Assembly: GCA_039621445.1 (NCBI GenBank)
Contig: CP154954.1
Location: forward strand, 49,083,847 to 49,147,846
Origin: Euglena gracilis
Lineage: Eukaryota
Length of the DNA stretch: 64,000 bases
Direction of reading: 5' to 3'
Positions 1-11,858 of this stretch are shown here, in pieces; position 1 is the first letter of the stretch, and every line of letters starts with the position of its first letter. Under the pieces are notes generated by a model that ran no database searches, was not told the origin of the DNA, and saw only the letters and a list, made by a program, of their open reading frames with translations. The translations under genes were made by a program, and so were the position numbers.

Positions 1-1172
1 ATAATGCAATTCAATCAAGATATTTATTTCAACCAGCTGCTCGTCAATGCCAAGCTTCTCTTGATCTCAAAATCAATCAAATGAATTCTCTGTGGAAAAA
101 GCAGGAAAACTTGACAACTTTTTGGTTGTTGTTTATTTACTGATGGCATTCCATTGCTGTACAAAAAGCACAAAAAAAAGCAAGGATCCAGGAAAATCAT
201 TAATTACCAATTAGAAGAGTCCTTTTGGACAATTTTCTCCATCCTTTTGTCCGCAATCTATAAAACTTCAAAACTAAAAACATAAAGTCTTTGTGTGGAC
301 AATTTTCTCCATCCTTTTGTCCGCAATCTATTCTTCCAAGAAATTTTGTTGTGTTGTCATGCGCCACACATTAGCCTTGAAGAGTTGGGAGTTTTTGGAG
401 AATTTGTTTTTTCCTTCATTGTGACAGTTTCTCGAACTTCCATTTTTTGAGTTTATTTTTTTCGTATTTCGATCACAAACCCCAGGAATTTTGCCAGGTG
501 TTTGGAACCCCTCCGGCAACAAATCCCAACAAAGTCCGACAAATCCCAACGAATCCTGGAAGGCGCCCCCCCCATCAGCTTTCCGAAGGATTGAGGGAGT
601 GGAATAGCTCAGAGGGGAATGTAGCTCATGCACATCAGTTTGCCGGTGGATGTTACTCAAAATCCCTGCCACACTTCTTTCCTTCCATTCTGCCAGACAT
701 TCCCTGGACACATACCGATACAAGGAAGCACTGGGTATGTGAGGCCAGTGGAAAGGGACCGACAAGACACTGATGCCCAGAAATGTGTGAACCACATGCC
801 GATTCGTGTCCCGTTCCCTCCACCCCAACACCACATCCGTGCTCTCACCCAGGTGCATGCCACATGTGCACAAAATCCGTGTACAAATCTTGGGAGAGTC
901 TTTTCAGAAATCAAACGGAGAAACAATCCGCCGCCATTGACCTTTTTTCAGGTGAGGTTGGCCCCCAAATTTCCTGGAGAAGAGTTGGTGGATTTTGAGC
1001 GTTGTGTTCAGTATTGTTAGCGGCGACGATACATTTATTATTCCTTGAGTCTACACAGGCAAGCAAATGTATTTTCAAACAAAGAGGAGGGAGGAGCGGG
1101 TTGTGTGAGTAAGACACCACACAGACGGTCTTCAAACAACCGTCGCCATTCCCCAGGCAGAACTCTCAGGGT

Positions 1173-4100
1173 TCAGTAGCTGGGGACGTTCAGGGCCCGC
1201 AGCAGGTCCAGCAGGGGGTGCGGGGCTTCTGCAGGCTTCTTTTTACCAACCCCCACCGGGGGGGAGGAGGGTGCCTTGTGCCAAGGGGTTCCTGCCCACA
1301 ACAGGCGGGTCGGTTTTGGAGCCCAGCAGTGCCTGTGACCAAGCAAATGTTCCCACAAAAAAAAATCCCTTAAAATTGCCATTTTCGGGCCCCGACACCT
1401 GCGTCACCGGGGGGGGGGGGGAGGTGCTTTAGCACTACCCACCCCAAAAACCCGACCCCCCAGGGCGGGTCGAAAATGCCCAACCCCCCTGCCTGTTACA
1501 GCATCCACCTGAGGGGGGCAAAACTCCTTACCTCCCCCCCCCCTTGTCGTTGACACGCCAATGTTCCACGAGAGTGTCGTTGACACGGGGGGTGTGTGTC
1601 AACGACACGCCATGTCAATGTCACTGAGATTCAATAGGTAGTGTTCCAGGAAAGTGTCGTTGACACGGAGGGTGTGTCAACGACACGCCGTGTCAACGAC
1701 AAGGGGGGGGGAGGTAACAAGAGGCCTGGGTCTCTGGTTCGGCGGAGGGGAAGGGGTCTGCGGGGGACGGCAGGGCACAGCCCCGGAGGGCGTCGCGGGC
1801 TTGGCGGCAGCGACCCCCGTGTCCAGGGCGGTCCTTAAGCAAATAAAAAAAAAAACTCCGCTGTCCCAACACACTCAGTGAAAAATATACCGGAAAATAG
1901 GCAAGAAATTTTGGCATTTTTCAGCGAGGACAGGTCGACATCAGGAAAAAAAATGATTCCTGGCACCCTTGGACCATCGTCCATTCACCCAAATCATCAA
2001 AAACTGTGTTTTTCGACTTTTTAATTTTTGCCCTCGTTCAAGTCCCAGTCTGGCCCTTAGCCGGCCCTTTGGCCGAAAGGGGGGGCGGTCCTTAAAGAAA
2101 TAAAAAAAAAACTTTCCTGTCCCTTAAGGACCGCCCTGCCCGTGTCCCGGGGGGGGGGGCACAATGAGGTTATGGGGCGGATTGAGTTTGACCCGGGACC
2201 ACCCTTGGCTTGCCACCTGGCCCAAGGGGCGAAATCCCTCAGGGAAGAAGCCTCCCTCAATACCCCAGGCTGGCACTGAAAAAATGTCTGCTTCAGTTCA
2301 AGAAATTATTCTGATGGCAATACTTTTTCCGATATGTAAAAGCAAATTTCGAGGTTTTCTGCATCGCTCACATATTACTGCTGGTACAAATCAAAATGGA
2401 CGGCCCCTGAAACAAGAGTTTTTTATTTTTTGAATTCTTGACCACCTTTCTGATTGTGAACTCCGATGGAACGGGGAGCTGCTGGGCTGGAGAGGTCCGC
2501 TTCCAGCGCAGCCAACGCCAGCTGGGCTGAAAGGTCGCCGTCCGCCTGCGGTGTGCCCGGTGCGTCGAGCTGGCCAGCGGGTGAAGCGCTGGTTAAGTCC
2601 CTGGGTTCCACCACAGTTGCTGCCTGCAGCAGGGAGAAGGGGAAGACGTGGGCCGGACGTGGCCAGGTAAAGACGGACTGGCAGGCGCAGCTGTATGGAT
2701 GCATATCCATATTTGCATCCATACTTGTCCACGAAGAGATCATGTGCAGATTGGTTTGCAAATTGAATCCTTTTTATTTGACCCTAAACTCCCCCCAAAT
2801 AAGACCCCCTGGTACCACCTGGGCACCCCCTGGAAACCTCCAGGGGGTTATATTTATGGGGGTCTTGTTGGTTCGGGGCAAGGTTCTTTGCACTTCAACA
2901 ACACGGAAACCAGAAATCTGTGAAAATCCATCATTTTTGTGTCGAAAATTGGGTTTTCTGTAATTTTCCATGGAATTTTTTTCCCCATCCCCAGCGCTTC
3001 GTGCCGTCAGGGGGGGACGTATTTTGTTAGGCAAAAAAAAGTAAAAAAAAATACTAAACAGTCACAAGCCCATCAGTTTGGGCGTTCGAGCTTTACGGTA
3101 AGCAGAATTGAGGACGAGTTCTGGTTGTGGGGGGGGGGGGGTCAACGGGGGGGTGGGAAGGGCACAGCCGTCGTCAATGCCTGGGTGCCGTGCTGATGAA
3201 AACGCGGGGTCGGCCGGGGTGGCCAAGGGTGACTGCACCAACACGGGGGTGCCTGGGCCGTCGGAGGTTGGGACGGTGGCAGAGCCGCAGGGACCCCACG
3301 CAACGGAAAACTTGTGCGGCGAAAAAAACAACACTGGCATGATGGGGGTAGGGAGGTGCCCCTCCCCGATGACCAGGTGGGGAGGGGAGGCGGGTTGTTG
3401 CCGTCCACCCATTCGAGTTCCGCTGGCCCTGCTCAGGCAGCCGCTCCGGGGTTGCCTCTGCGGGGGCCGGGCTCGGACACGCCCCACTGCCGGCCACGGC
3501 CCCGCCCCAGTGTACCAAACGGTCCGCGGGGGACGCTGTGCCGGAAACCTTGCGAAGACCGCCCGAGGGCCGGCCGAAAGGCGGCAGCGGAGCGCTTGGC
3601 GCGGGCTGGGCGGGTCGCGAGACGACGTACCGGGCAGGGGCCGTCCGAAGGGGCCGGTCAGCGTGGGGCGGGAGTTCGACAGCGGTGTGCAATGTGTGGC
3701 GGTCGGGGCCGTGGAATGTAACGGGGGGGAAAATAGCAATGGTTTTGATGCAATTGAAAGGAAGAATGAGAAAAAAAACAGTGGGGCAAGGAAATGCCCC
3801 AGGATGATGTCCAAGGTATCCGTTGCGTTTGGGCAGGAGTGCCAGAACCTCCGGGGGAAGGGGGAACATCGACAGGAAAAGCAAAATCCCAAAACTAAAA
3901 TACGGTGTTTTTGCAATACAACTGTGGCCTCGTTTTCTCATTCTTCCCCAAACTTGGCCGATTTGTGCAACAAAGCCAAAAAAAAGTAGAAAAAAAAAAA
4001 AAAAAAAAACAACAAAAAAAAAACAACCCAACAAGAAAAAATTCCGGGGGGGAAAAATAGAAATCCTTGATAAGAATCATCACAGCGTGGCAATTGTAAG

Positions 4101-7100
4101 GCCCTGTAAGCAAATATATTTGTTTATGTTTGGTGTGGAATGCAGGCCCGTGGAGGTGGGGCTATATTTTGGGGGAGTGGACTCCATAATGTGAGTCACA
4201 CTTCTGACTCATATAGGGAGGCCCCTGGCCGGGGTGCAGCTTGCTGCACTTCCCGCCGAACTTGCACTGCCCCGTCATGGCCCAGACCTCACACACATAG
4301 ATTCACTTAGTGACCCCCCACGGGGGACGTTTCCTGGGCCCAAACCACCCACCCACTTTTTTCGAAAGCCCACCCTCCCACCCCCCCCCCCCGGGTCAAA
4401 CACCTGCCCAATCACCCAAAATCCAGCAAAAATTGGCCGAAAACGCTGGAAAAAATTTTCCAGCCCAGCCTTCGGCCTGACAAAAACCCCTGGGGGTGGC
4501 AGAGGCCACAACCACCCACCCCCCCCCGGGGGGGGGGGAGGGGTCGGTAAGTGAATCTATGCTCACACACTTGCCGGCCGGCCTGGGCCTGCACCGCCCC
4601 GGACAGCTGCCGGTAGTCCGAGAGGTCCGGGTGGGCGAACCGGCACCGGGGGGACTGCCCCCGCCTCCCTCACAGCGAGGCCCTGTCCCAGGGTGCTCCT
4701 GCTACGGGCAGGCATTCCACAATACAACGGTCGTCAAAAGAAACCTGGTGCAATGCCCTCTTGTTTGATTGTTCGTGCCAACTTTGGATTTGAACTCTGC
4801 TGGTTTGATCCATCGAGCTGACTCAGGCAATTCTCTCATGAAAATGGTTATTTTGGGGTTCCCGGTGCTGGTGCACAACACGGAACACCGCAAAACCCAA
4901 CACCCAAGAAGCGGGGTGGGGGGGGATGCCTCCTCCTCCACATGGGCTATTGCTTGCCCCCCCAGGAAAATGTCCTCCCGGGAAACTGTCATCTAAGCCC
5001 ACGGTTCAAACAGGGTGGGTAGATAAGGAGCGTTGGGAGCACCATTGGAAGAGATGCCCTGGGATGGCAGGTGTTTGATGGCAGCGCGGCCATCAAATAA
5101 ATATGTATTCTGCACTCAAAAAAACGTATTTTTTATGCTTTTGGATGGATCTAGTGGATATGGTCAATCCATACTGGGAACAATTTCCCCCGGCTGTCAA
5201 TTTGTTTTCACCGAGAAATATCGAATGAGCTCCGTTTCCCAGTGCACTTTGGTTGAATGTGCCGTGGGAGCCTTTAATGTTCGACCACCAAATCATGGCC
5301 CCGGTCTGGCAGTCGGTTTTGAGGATGTTCCTCAAACTCCAAAAAACTATTTGCAGGTGGCAGTCCCCCAAACTGCCAACTGGGAGACTGCCACCAGACA
5401 GGTCAGCAAAGCCAGCAAGTACAGAGGTGAGAGACACGCCCGCTGAGCAACTGTACATGAAGGAGCAGACACGCATACAATTTTAACCCACCCTGGAGGG
5501 TAACTTCCGAAAAGCAGTCAGTCACTCTAAAAAAGACCCCTCCCCGAGCGAGGTCCAAATCAAAGGGAAAAAAGTGTCTAGGTTTTCAACACTCACCACA
5601 CGCCGAAATCCGGAAAAGCAACTCGCCCTCAAACTTTTGATCAGAAACTTGAAAGTGTTGATCCAATTGGAGAATGCCCTTTTCTGAGTAAAGTGAAGGC
5701 GGAAAAAAAAGGAAAAACCATCAGAGATCTGCTGGTAAAAGGGCAGGAGGTAGGTCCCTAATTATCGACGAGGGTAGAGGACAATTTCCAGGGCACAATA
5801 GCGAAGAATCCCAAAAAAAGGCGACACCCGTCAGCGGGGGGGGGGGGCACAAGGCAGGGGCAGGCTGCCGCCGCACACAACGGCCCATCAGGTAGTCGAG
5901 GCACACCCGTGGCTTTTCCGCCTTGTCCTCCCGGGATTGCGGAGGTTGTTTTGTACCGGTCGCCCCAAAGCACCTCCAGGACAATGAGCCTTCGATGTGA
6001 TCGGGAATTGTCGGGCACTGTGGAATTTGTCGAGAATGGTGGGAATTTAAACACTTTTTGGACCAACAACACACACACACACACACAAACGAGGACAAAA
6101 CAATGCAGGGTTTCAAATTACCACAATTTTCACGAGTTTAACAAACAACACGCAAATTTCAAATTCAAGATTTGAAACAACCTCCTGTTGAGAAAAATAA
6201 GATGAACGTTTCCAAAGTATCGCCAGAAATGTTCGGAAACCCCATCCGGGACCCTCCCCCAACTAGAAAAACCTTTCCTCTACCCTGCGCGCCGAGGTGG
6301 AAATGAGGTTATAAATGCATTTTTTCAGCTGGTTTTGTTCAAAAAAAGAATCACAAAAAGAATCACAAAAATGGCCAAAAATGGGGCATTTTTGGCCAGT
6401 TTTGGGGTCCAGAATTTTTTCGGCGCTTCGTCCCGGGCACTGTAAAAAAAAATTCCCTTGGGGGTCCACTCGAATTTTCGCTGGCCAAATTTAGACTGGC
6501 TGCAGTCCAGCCCGCCCCCCCCCCCCCCGGGGGGGGATACTGCGAACCCTTGAGCAATAGACTGCACCTGACAGGTTGGCAGTGCAGGGACTTTGACAAC
6601 TTCATATGACAGGATGACCAGTACCAAAAAGTTGCTGGCTGGCTGGCTGGACCCCCCTGGGATAGGGTCCCCTGCCTGCTTGAGGAAACCCCTGGTTATC
6701 TCCTTGTCAGGCAGCTTGGCGAATACAAGCTCAGAGGCAACCGCTCGGGAGTTGTCCAGACTCCCCTCCAAAAAAATTGTAATTTTGCTTGTTCCCACCC
6801 CCACCAAAACACCCGTCGAAAATTCGTAAATTCCAAACAACTTTTTTTTAAAAAAGCGGGAAAAAGCTCTCCCCAATTCATGAGCCAATTTTCGGAAAGG
6901 CCAAGGCGAGTACAGAAGGGAGGCCAACTATTGATAGGCAGCCGGGAGCTAATTTCTGGGGGGGGGGCTTATAGTTGTCGGAAGTGGCGAAACCTCCCCT
7001 GAGCAGGGCCTAAAATGTTCGCGAGAACTGTAGCCGGGCATGCTTGGTCGGCCTGGCCGGCTGGAAAGACCCGCCCAGCGGCCCGTCACTGGCCATTGGG

Positions 7101-7135
7101 CCCATCGAGGGGTGGGGGAAGGCCGGGATGCGCAT
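1173..7135 (-). CDS. Tandem CCCH zinc-finger protein, paralog D (multi-exon)
   Basis: ATG at 7135 (MRIPAFPHPSMGP). Exons: ~5968-5867 (REDKAEKPRVCLDYLMGRCVRR), 4647-4565 (CRFAHPDLSDYRQLSGAVQAQAGRQVC), 4290-~4212 (EVWAMTGQCKFGGKCSKLHPGQG), ~3700-3170 (PLPGTSS...RHPGIDDG, may contain a further intron), ~2680-2480 (AHVFPFSL...ALAALEADLSSPA), ~2230-2142, 1818-1732 (GRCRQARDALRGCALP), 1226-1173 (PHPLLDLLRALNVPSY*). Fingers are C-x7-C-x4-C-x3-H (muscleblind-like) and C-x8-C-x5-C-x3-H. Frames were chosen from synonymous differences among paralogs. Confidence 0.8.
1232..1728. mobile_element. Aged CAGGC-TIR element forming the last intron of paralog D (inferred intron 1227-1731)
   Basis: Ends CAGGCTTCTT / AAGAGGCCTG (9/10). 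Flanks GGCTTCTG / GGTCTCTG (6/8). The 3+5 excision gives in-frame AEPE|APHP. Confidence 0.65.
1531..1714. mobile_element. TA-flanked palindromic MITE (CCTCCC...TTGTCGTTGACACG family), nested in an intron
   Basis: Long TIR CCTC(n)TTGTCGTTGACACG with TA on both sides. Relatives at 21498-25148 and 45195-45302, and a fragment near 51880-51980. Confidence 0.75.
1824..2138. mobile_element. hAT-like MITE / introner in paralog D (inferred intron 1819-2141)
   Basis: 16-bp perfect TIR CAGGGCGGTCCTTAAG. Perfect TSD CCCGTGTC at 1816-1823 and 2139-2146. Confidence 0.9.
4296..4561. mobile_element. hAT-like MITE / introner inside zinc finger 2 of paralog D (inferred intron 4291-4564)
   Basis: 14-bp perfect TIR CATAGATTCACTTA. 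TSD CTCACACA at 4288-4295 and 4562-4569. The site is empty in paralogs B and C. Confidence 0.92.
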
Positions 7136-7970
7136 CGCTCTGTGACACGGGGCATGGGACAAATCCCTTTTAGAACCTGTCCACCTCTTCTAGGGGAGGG
7201 AACCCTGGCAACCCGGTTGTTTGCCTGCTTTATGATTGGAAACAAATAATCCCCATCCGAGGCTATATGGGAAGACTGGGGGGGGGGGGGGATTGATGCA
7301 TCTCCCCGAAAAATCGTGGGAATCACCATGCATGCGCCACATGGCACAGTTCAAAGAAGATCTCTGACGATCTGACGAGGGGTCCACCCAGCCAGCACCA
7401 TTTTCCCAGCCAGCAGCTCCCAGCCGAATTCCAGCCCCGGTCCAGCTAACTGTTTTGCGAGATTCCTATTCTTGAAGTGAACCCCTGCACCCCCATGGGT
7501 CAATGGGCAGGTGGGTAGATTTCCTCTGTCAAGAGTACATCGCATTTTGCACTACCTACTCCCAAACAAGCCAGAGAAAAGACGTTCATTCCCAAGAAGG
7601 TAATGGAAAGCTGTCCGGCTGCAGTTCCAGCCAAAGGGTTCCCAATCCTTGTGGATTGCCAGCCCATTCAAAAAGATCCAGCCAACATGTGTCCAGCAAA
7701 TTTTTTTGAATTTGTGAATATTCTGCCTTTGGATTGTTAAAAAAGGAATGATGCTTTCCCAAAACTTCCCCAAAAAGAACACACAAATCACATTCAGGCT
7801 TCCAATTGAAAAAAATGACAAATGAGAAGTCAAAACCATTTCAAATCAAAAGCAAAGCAAAAGCCTGAAGGCCAAACTGCCAAAGGTTAATGTGAGTGTG
7901 TATGAGGTTGTGTGGTCTAGGACAGGTCTGTAGGGCTACCGGCATGAACACTGGACCGTGACGATGGCAC

Positions 7971-8088
7971 CACAGATTCACTTAGTGACCAGGGGGCATT
8001 TTCGCTGGGCTCAAAACCATGCACCCAAAAACACAGTTTAAAACACATCAACTCCACACCATCAGGTGAGATTTCCAGTGAATCCATG
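7971..8088. mobile_element. CAYAGATTC-family MITE upstream of the paralog D ATG
   Basis: Ends CACAGATTCACT / AGTGAATCCATG. Flanks GATGGCAC / GGTGGGAC (6/8). Same site as 27048-27174 in paralog C. Confidence 0.65.
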
Positions 8089-9611
8089 GGTGGGACGTGA
8101 CGTGGGTCACCCGCTGAGGTTGGACTCCCAGGGGGGAACGAGACCGCTACATCCCTGCCGGGACATAGAGCAGGCGGGGGCCAGGCAGAAGGGGGCCTGG
8201 ACACACCGCAAAGAGGGCTCCGCGCCTCTCAGCAACGCCAAGGGCGGGGGGGGGGGGATCGCTCCGGGACGCCCGAGAGCAATGAGGGCGGGCAGGGCAG
8301 CAAAAGCAGGCAGATAGACGCTGTGCCGGTGGGGGGGGGGGGATGGTCCACCACAAATAGGCAACAATTGACTGATGATTGATTGAATGAGCAATTGACA
8401 GATTGATGATCTTTTCGAGACCCTCCTGCAGGAAAGGTATTTTTCAGAAAATCCAAAAAAAAATAAGATCCACCTTTGGGGTTTCCACCCACGGACCAAA
8501 AAAAATACACCTGGTTCCATTTGGGGGCGGGGTAGAAACACAGATTTGTACCAGTCACACACGACTGGGATGGGTCATTGGGATATGGGTGTCAGGACCA
8601 GTGGGTAAAATGATAATGGTGGGATGACAGAGAAGGGTCCTGCCTGATGCTGTTGGATAGCCAGCGACCTATTTCCACAAGCTAACAACGGGCCATCTTG
8701 CTGTTGCGGTTTGCCGCCCTGACAAGAAGAGCGACGTTCTGACACGGAGCACCGCGGTACAGAACGGGAAAATGCTGCAACTTCTGCACCAATGTGGGGA
8801 CAATCGCAGACTCCATTACCTGAGGAGTGGATGTGTATCAATGAATGGTGAAGAAAACCCCACCTGCGACACACCCACCTATGCACCGGGGGGGGGGGGA
8901 ATGCGCTGGACGGCCCTCGGAAAAAAATGCGCAAAAATGCGCAAAAAAATGCGCAAAAAAATGCGCTGAGTTTGTGACATTCCACATCAAGGGAAAAAGG
9001 ACTTAGAAAAATTTCCAACAGTAAACCCAAAATTAACCCAAAATCACCAAAAAGAGCTGAAATGAAGGCATTTTGGCCAAAAAAATGCATGGCCAAGGCG
9101 TCACTCTCCGTTCACCATAACCAACAATGTCAGCCATGGTTGCCCCTTACTTGTGACCAGGGGAGTGGGATTCCCGCCTTGGTTACGTGTCAATGTGGGG
9201 TCTCTGAAACCCCTAGTGTCCTCATCGTCATTGGATGAGTACCCACCTCATCACCCAAGGGTTTTCTCTTGAGGCGGGTCCCTTGGGTGGAAAAAAAGTG
9301 CGAAAATGGGTTCGTTGGTTACAGAAATGGGTCAGTTGAACGTGGGCAAAATTCGGTGAGCATGTGATTTGGGTGGAAAATGTGCAAAAATGGCAAAATG
9401 TGCAAAATTGGGCAAAAAAATGCGCAAAAAAATGGAAAATGTGCAAAAACGGGGGGAAAATGTGCAAAAAAATGCGCAAAAAAATGCGCAAAAATATGCA
9501 TTTTTGAAAAATTGACAAAAATGCGGAAAAATGCGCAACGCATTCCCCACCCCCTGTATGCCTCACCCATATGACCACGCAAAATTGCAGCCACATCCCT
9601 TCATTCAGCCA

Positions 9612-9724
<113 letters not shown>

Positions 9725-11858
9725 AACCCACCCACCCACCCACCCACCCACACACCCACACATACACACACAACCATCCAGAAAACAACGTCTGATATAC
9801 ACTAGGTGCAAAAATGTTGCTAAATCGCGATGGTTGTCCAGCAGGCAACCCTACCCCTTCTGCCATCGAACCATCGAACGATACACCCCAAGCGCTGGTG
9901 ACACCGACACATGCAGCGGAGCCTGCCAAGGATCGGGACAGCGATGGAGACGCCGGCTTAGGCTACAGCGGAACCAAACGCGGGCAGCCGGCCCCACAGG
10001 CCGGCAGGTCCCTCTCCCTCTCCCAATTGAGCAAACCAGGAGCAGGGACCTCTTTTGGCAGACCACAGAGGGGGAAGGGTTTGCCCCCCCCCCCCAGCTG
10101 GCGTCAGCCACAGCTGGAAATTGTTGAAACTGAACAGAGATGGGCTCACCCCATGGTTGCTGAGAGTGGGCTGTTCATCCTCATCCCGCTGTAATGCTCC
10201 CCATAAATAACGCCCCCCACCAAATATAAAGCCTCCCAGGGACATGTTTGCAGACGTTCAATGCAGTAACATACCTACCGCTCCCCGGGAAATTGTCACC
10301 GGACTGGTTGGGACCCTGACAACTTCCTATCATGACAGGTTGGCCAGTACCAGGCCATGACAGTTTCCGGGGCGGGATCATGACAGTTTCCCGGAGGGGG
10401 GTATTTTATGTATTACGTTTTTATAATTATATGTATATAATATCATGCCATTACGTTGCATTATGTTGCTTTATTATTTATATTATATTATTCATTTATA
10501 TTACATTCCTTTCAATTATTTTTCATTTTAATATTTGTTATGTTAATGTGTAATGTGTGTCATAGTCACAATTCTTCACCAGAAAGGAGCCATTTTGGGC
10601 TAAAGCATTTCGAGGCAAAGAAATGCGGCATAAAAGTGGACATATGACAACCCCCCCCATGAAGAGGTTGGTGTATCTAAGAGGCCCCAGGGTGAAAACC
10701 CTATTTAAAAAACCCCATTAAACCCTATTAAAAAAGTGAATTAAAATTTATATTATAATTCCTACTGTAAGACATTTTCAGGCAAAAGGACAAATGAACA
10801 AACAGGCAGGCAAGCAGGCAGACAGACAGCACCCAGGGGGTGTTTCGGCTTGGGAGGGCGGGAAAGCATGTCCAAGAGATCCCATGGGCCAGACCTGGGG
10901 TTAGGTAATGAGATGCAAGAGACAGAGAATCACCACAGCACACATGCGGGTCTCGAGCAAAAGGCCGACGATGTGGTGCTTCATGAGCACGCTTCCGCAC
11001 ACCCCGGTCAAAGTTCACCCACCTCCACCCCTTTTGTCCAGAACCGGGAAAGATGGGTTAGAACGAAGGTTTCTTGGTCAAAATATGAGCAAGAACCATG
11101 TGCTGAGATGGTGGAGGGGGATAAGAACCAGGCTGCTTCTATGTTGCTTGTTGAGATCCAGGTGCTCAGAGAAGGGGGGGGGGGCAACGTGACTAAAGGA
11201 AGAATCTGGCAATTTCGTCAAAGAAAGAAAAAATCCTTCAGCGCTGTTCGACTTGAAGGCAACAAGATATTAAAAGCACCCTCCCTTGTTTGAGCACCGG
11301 AAAAGAAAGGAAAAGACAAATGGCAGAGATTATTTCGCCAAAATATGGGTCAGAACCAAGAAGGTGCTGCTTAGAGCTGACTGCGAAAAAATTCAGGCTT
11401 TTTTGCAGTCAACGCTTTTTCGTTGGGGGGGTCCACCAAGGTTGTATGGGAACCTTGGAGGGGGGTGGGGGACCCCCTTCCAAAATTAGGGGGGGGGGGG
11501 GACTCCCCTCCCCTCCTACCTCCAGTTTTCGGTCGCCGAAAATTTCGGCCGTTTTTTTGGGGCAAAAAAAAATCAATTTTTCTGAAACTTCTCAAAAATG
11601 GTGGGGAATCAGAGTAAATGTCAGGAGAACAAATCAAAGCCCTTAAAGTGTCCTATCTAACAGTATTTTCCGCGCAACTCTGTCCCGAGTTACGGCCATT
11701 TTTTGGCCGATTCTCCAGAATTTCATGTTGAGCCTCAAGAGGGCCCAAAAAGTCGTCTGGGACAAAAGGAAAACACTCTCTGCCGTCAGTCCCTTGGGCA
11801 GGGCGTTCATCCGCAACGCCAACTCCAGTTCTGAGTCAATTTTAGGGCTCGCTGAGGA

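Noticed and set aside
5093-5476. Possible hAT dimerisation-domain remnant, and an ESTDV motif in ORF 328-873
   Set aside because: The resemblance is too weak to call without a profile search, and no element ends were identified.
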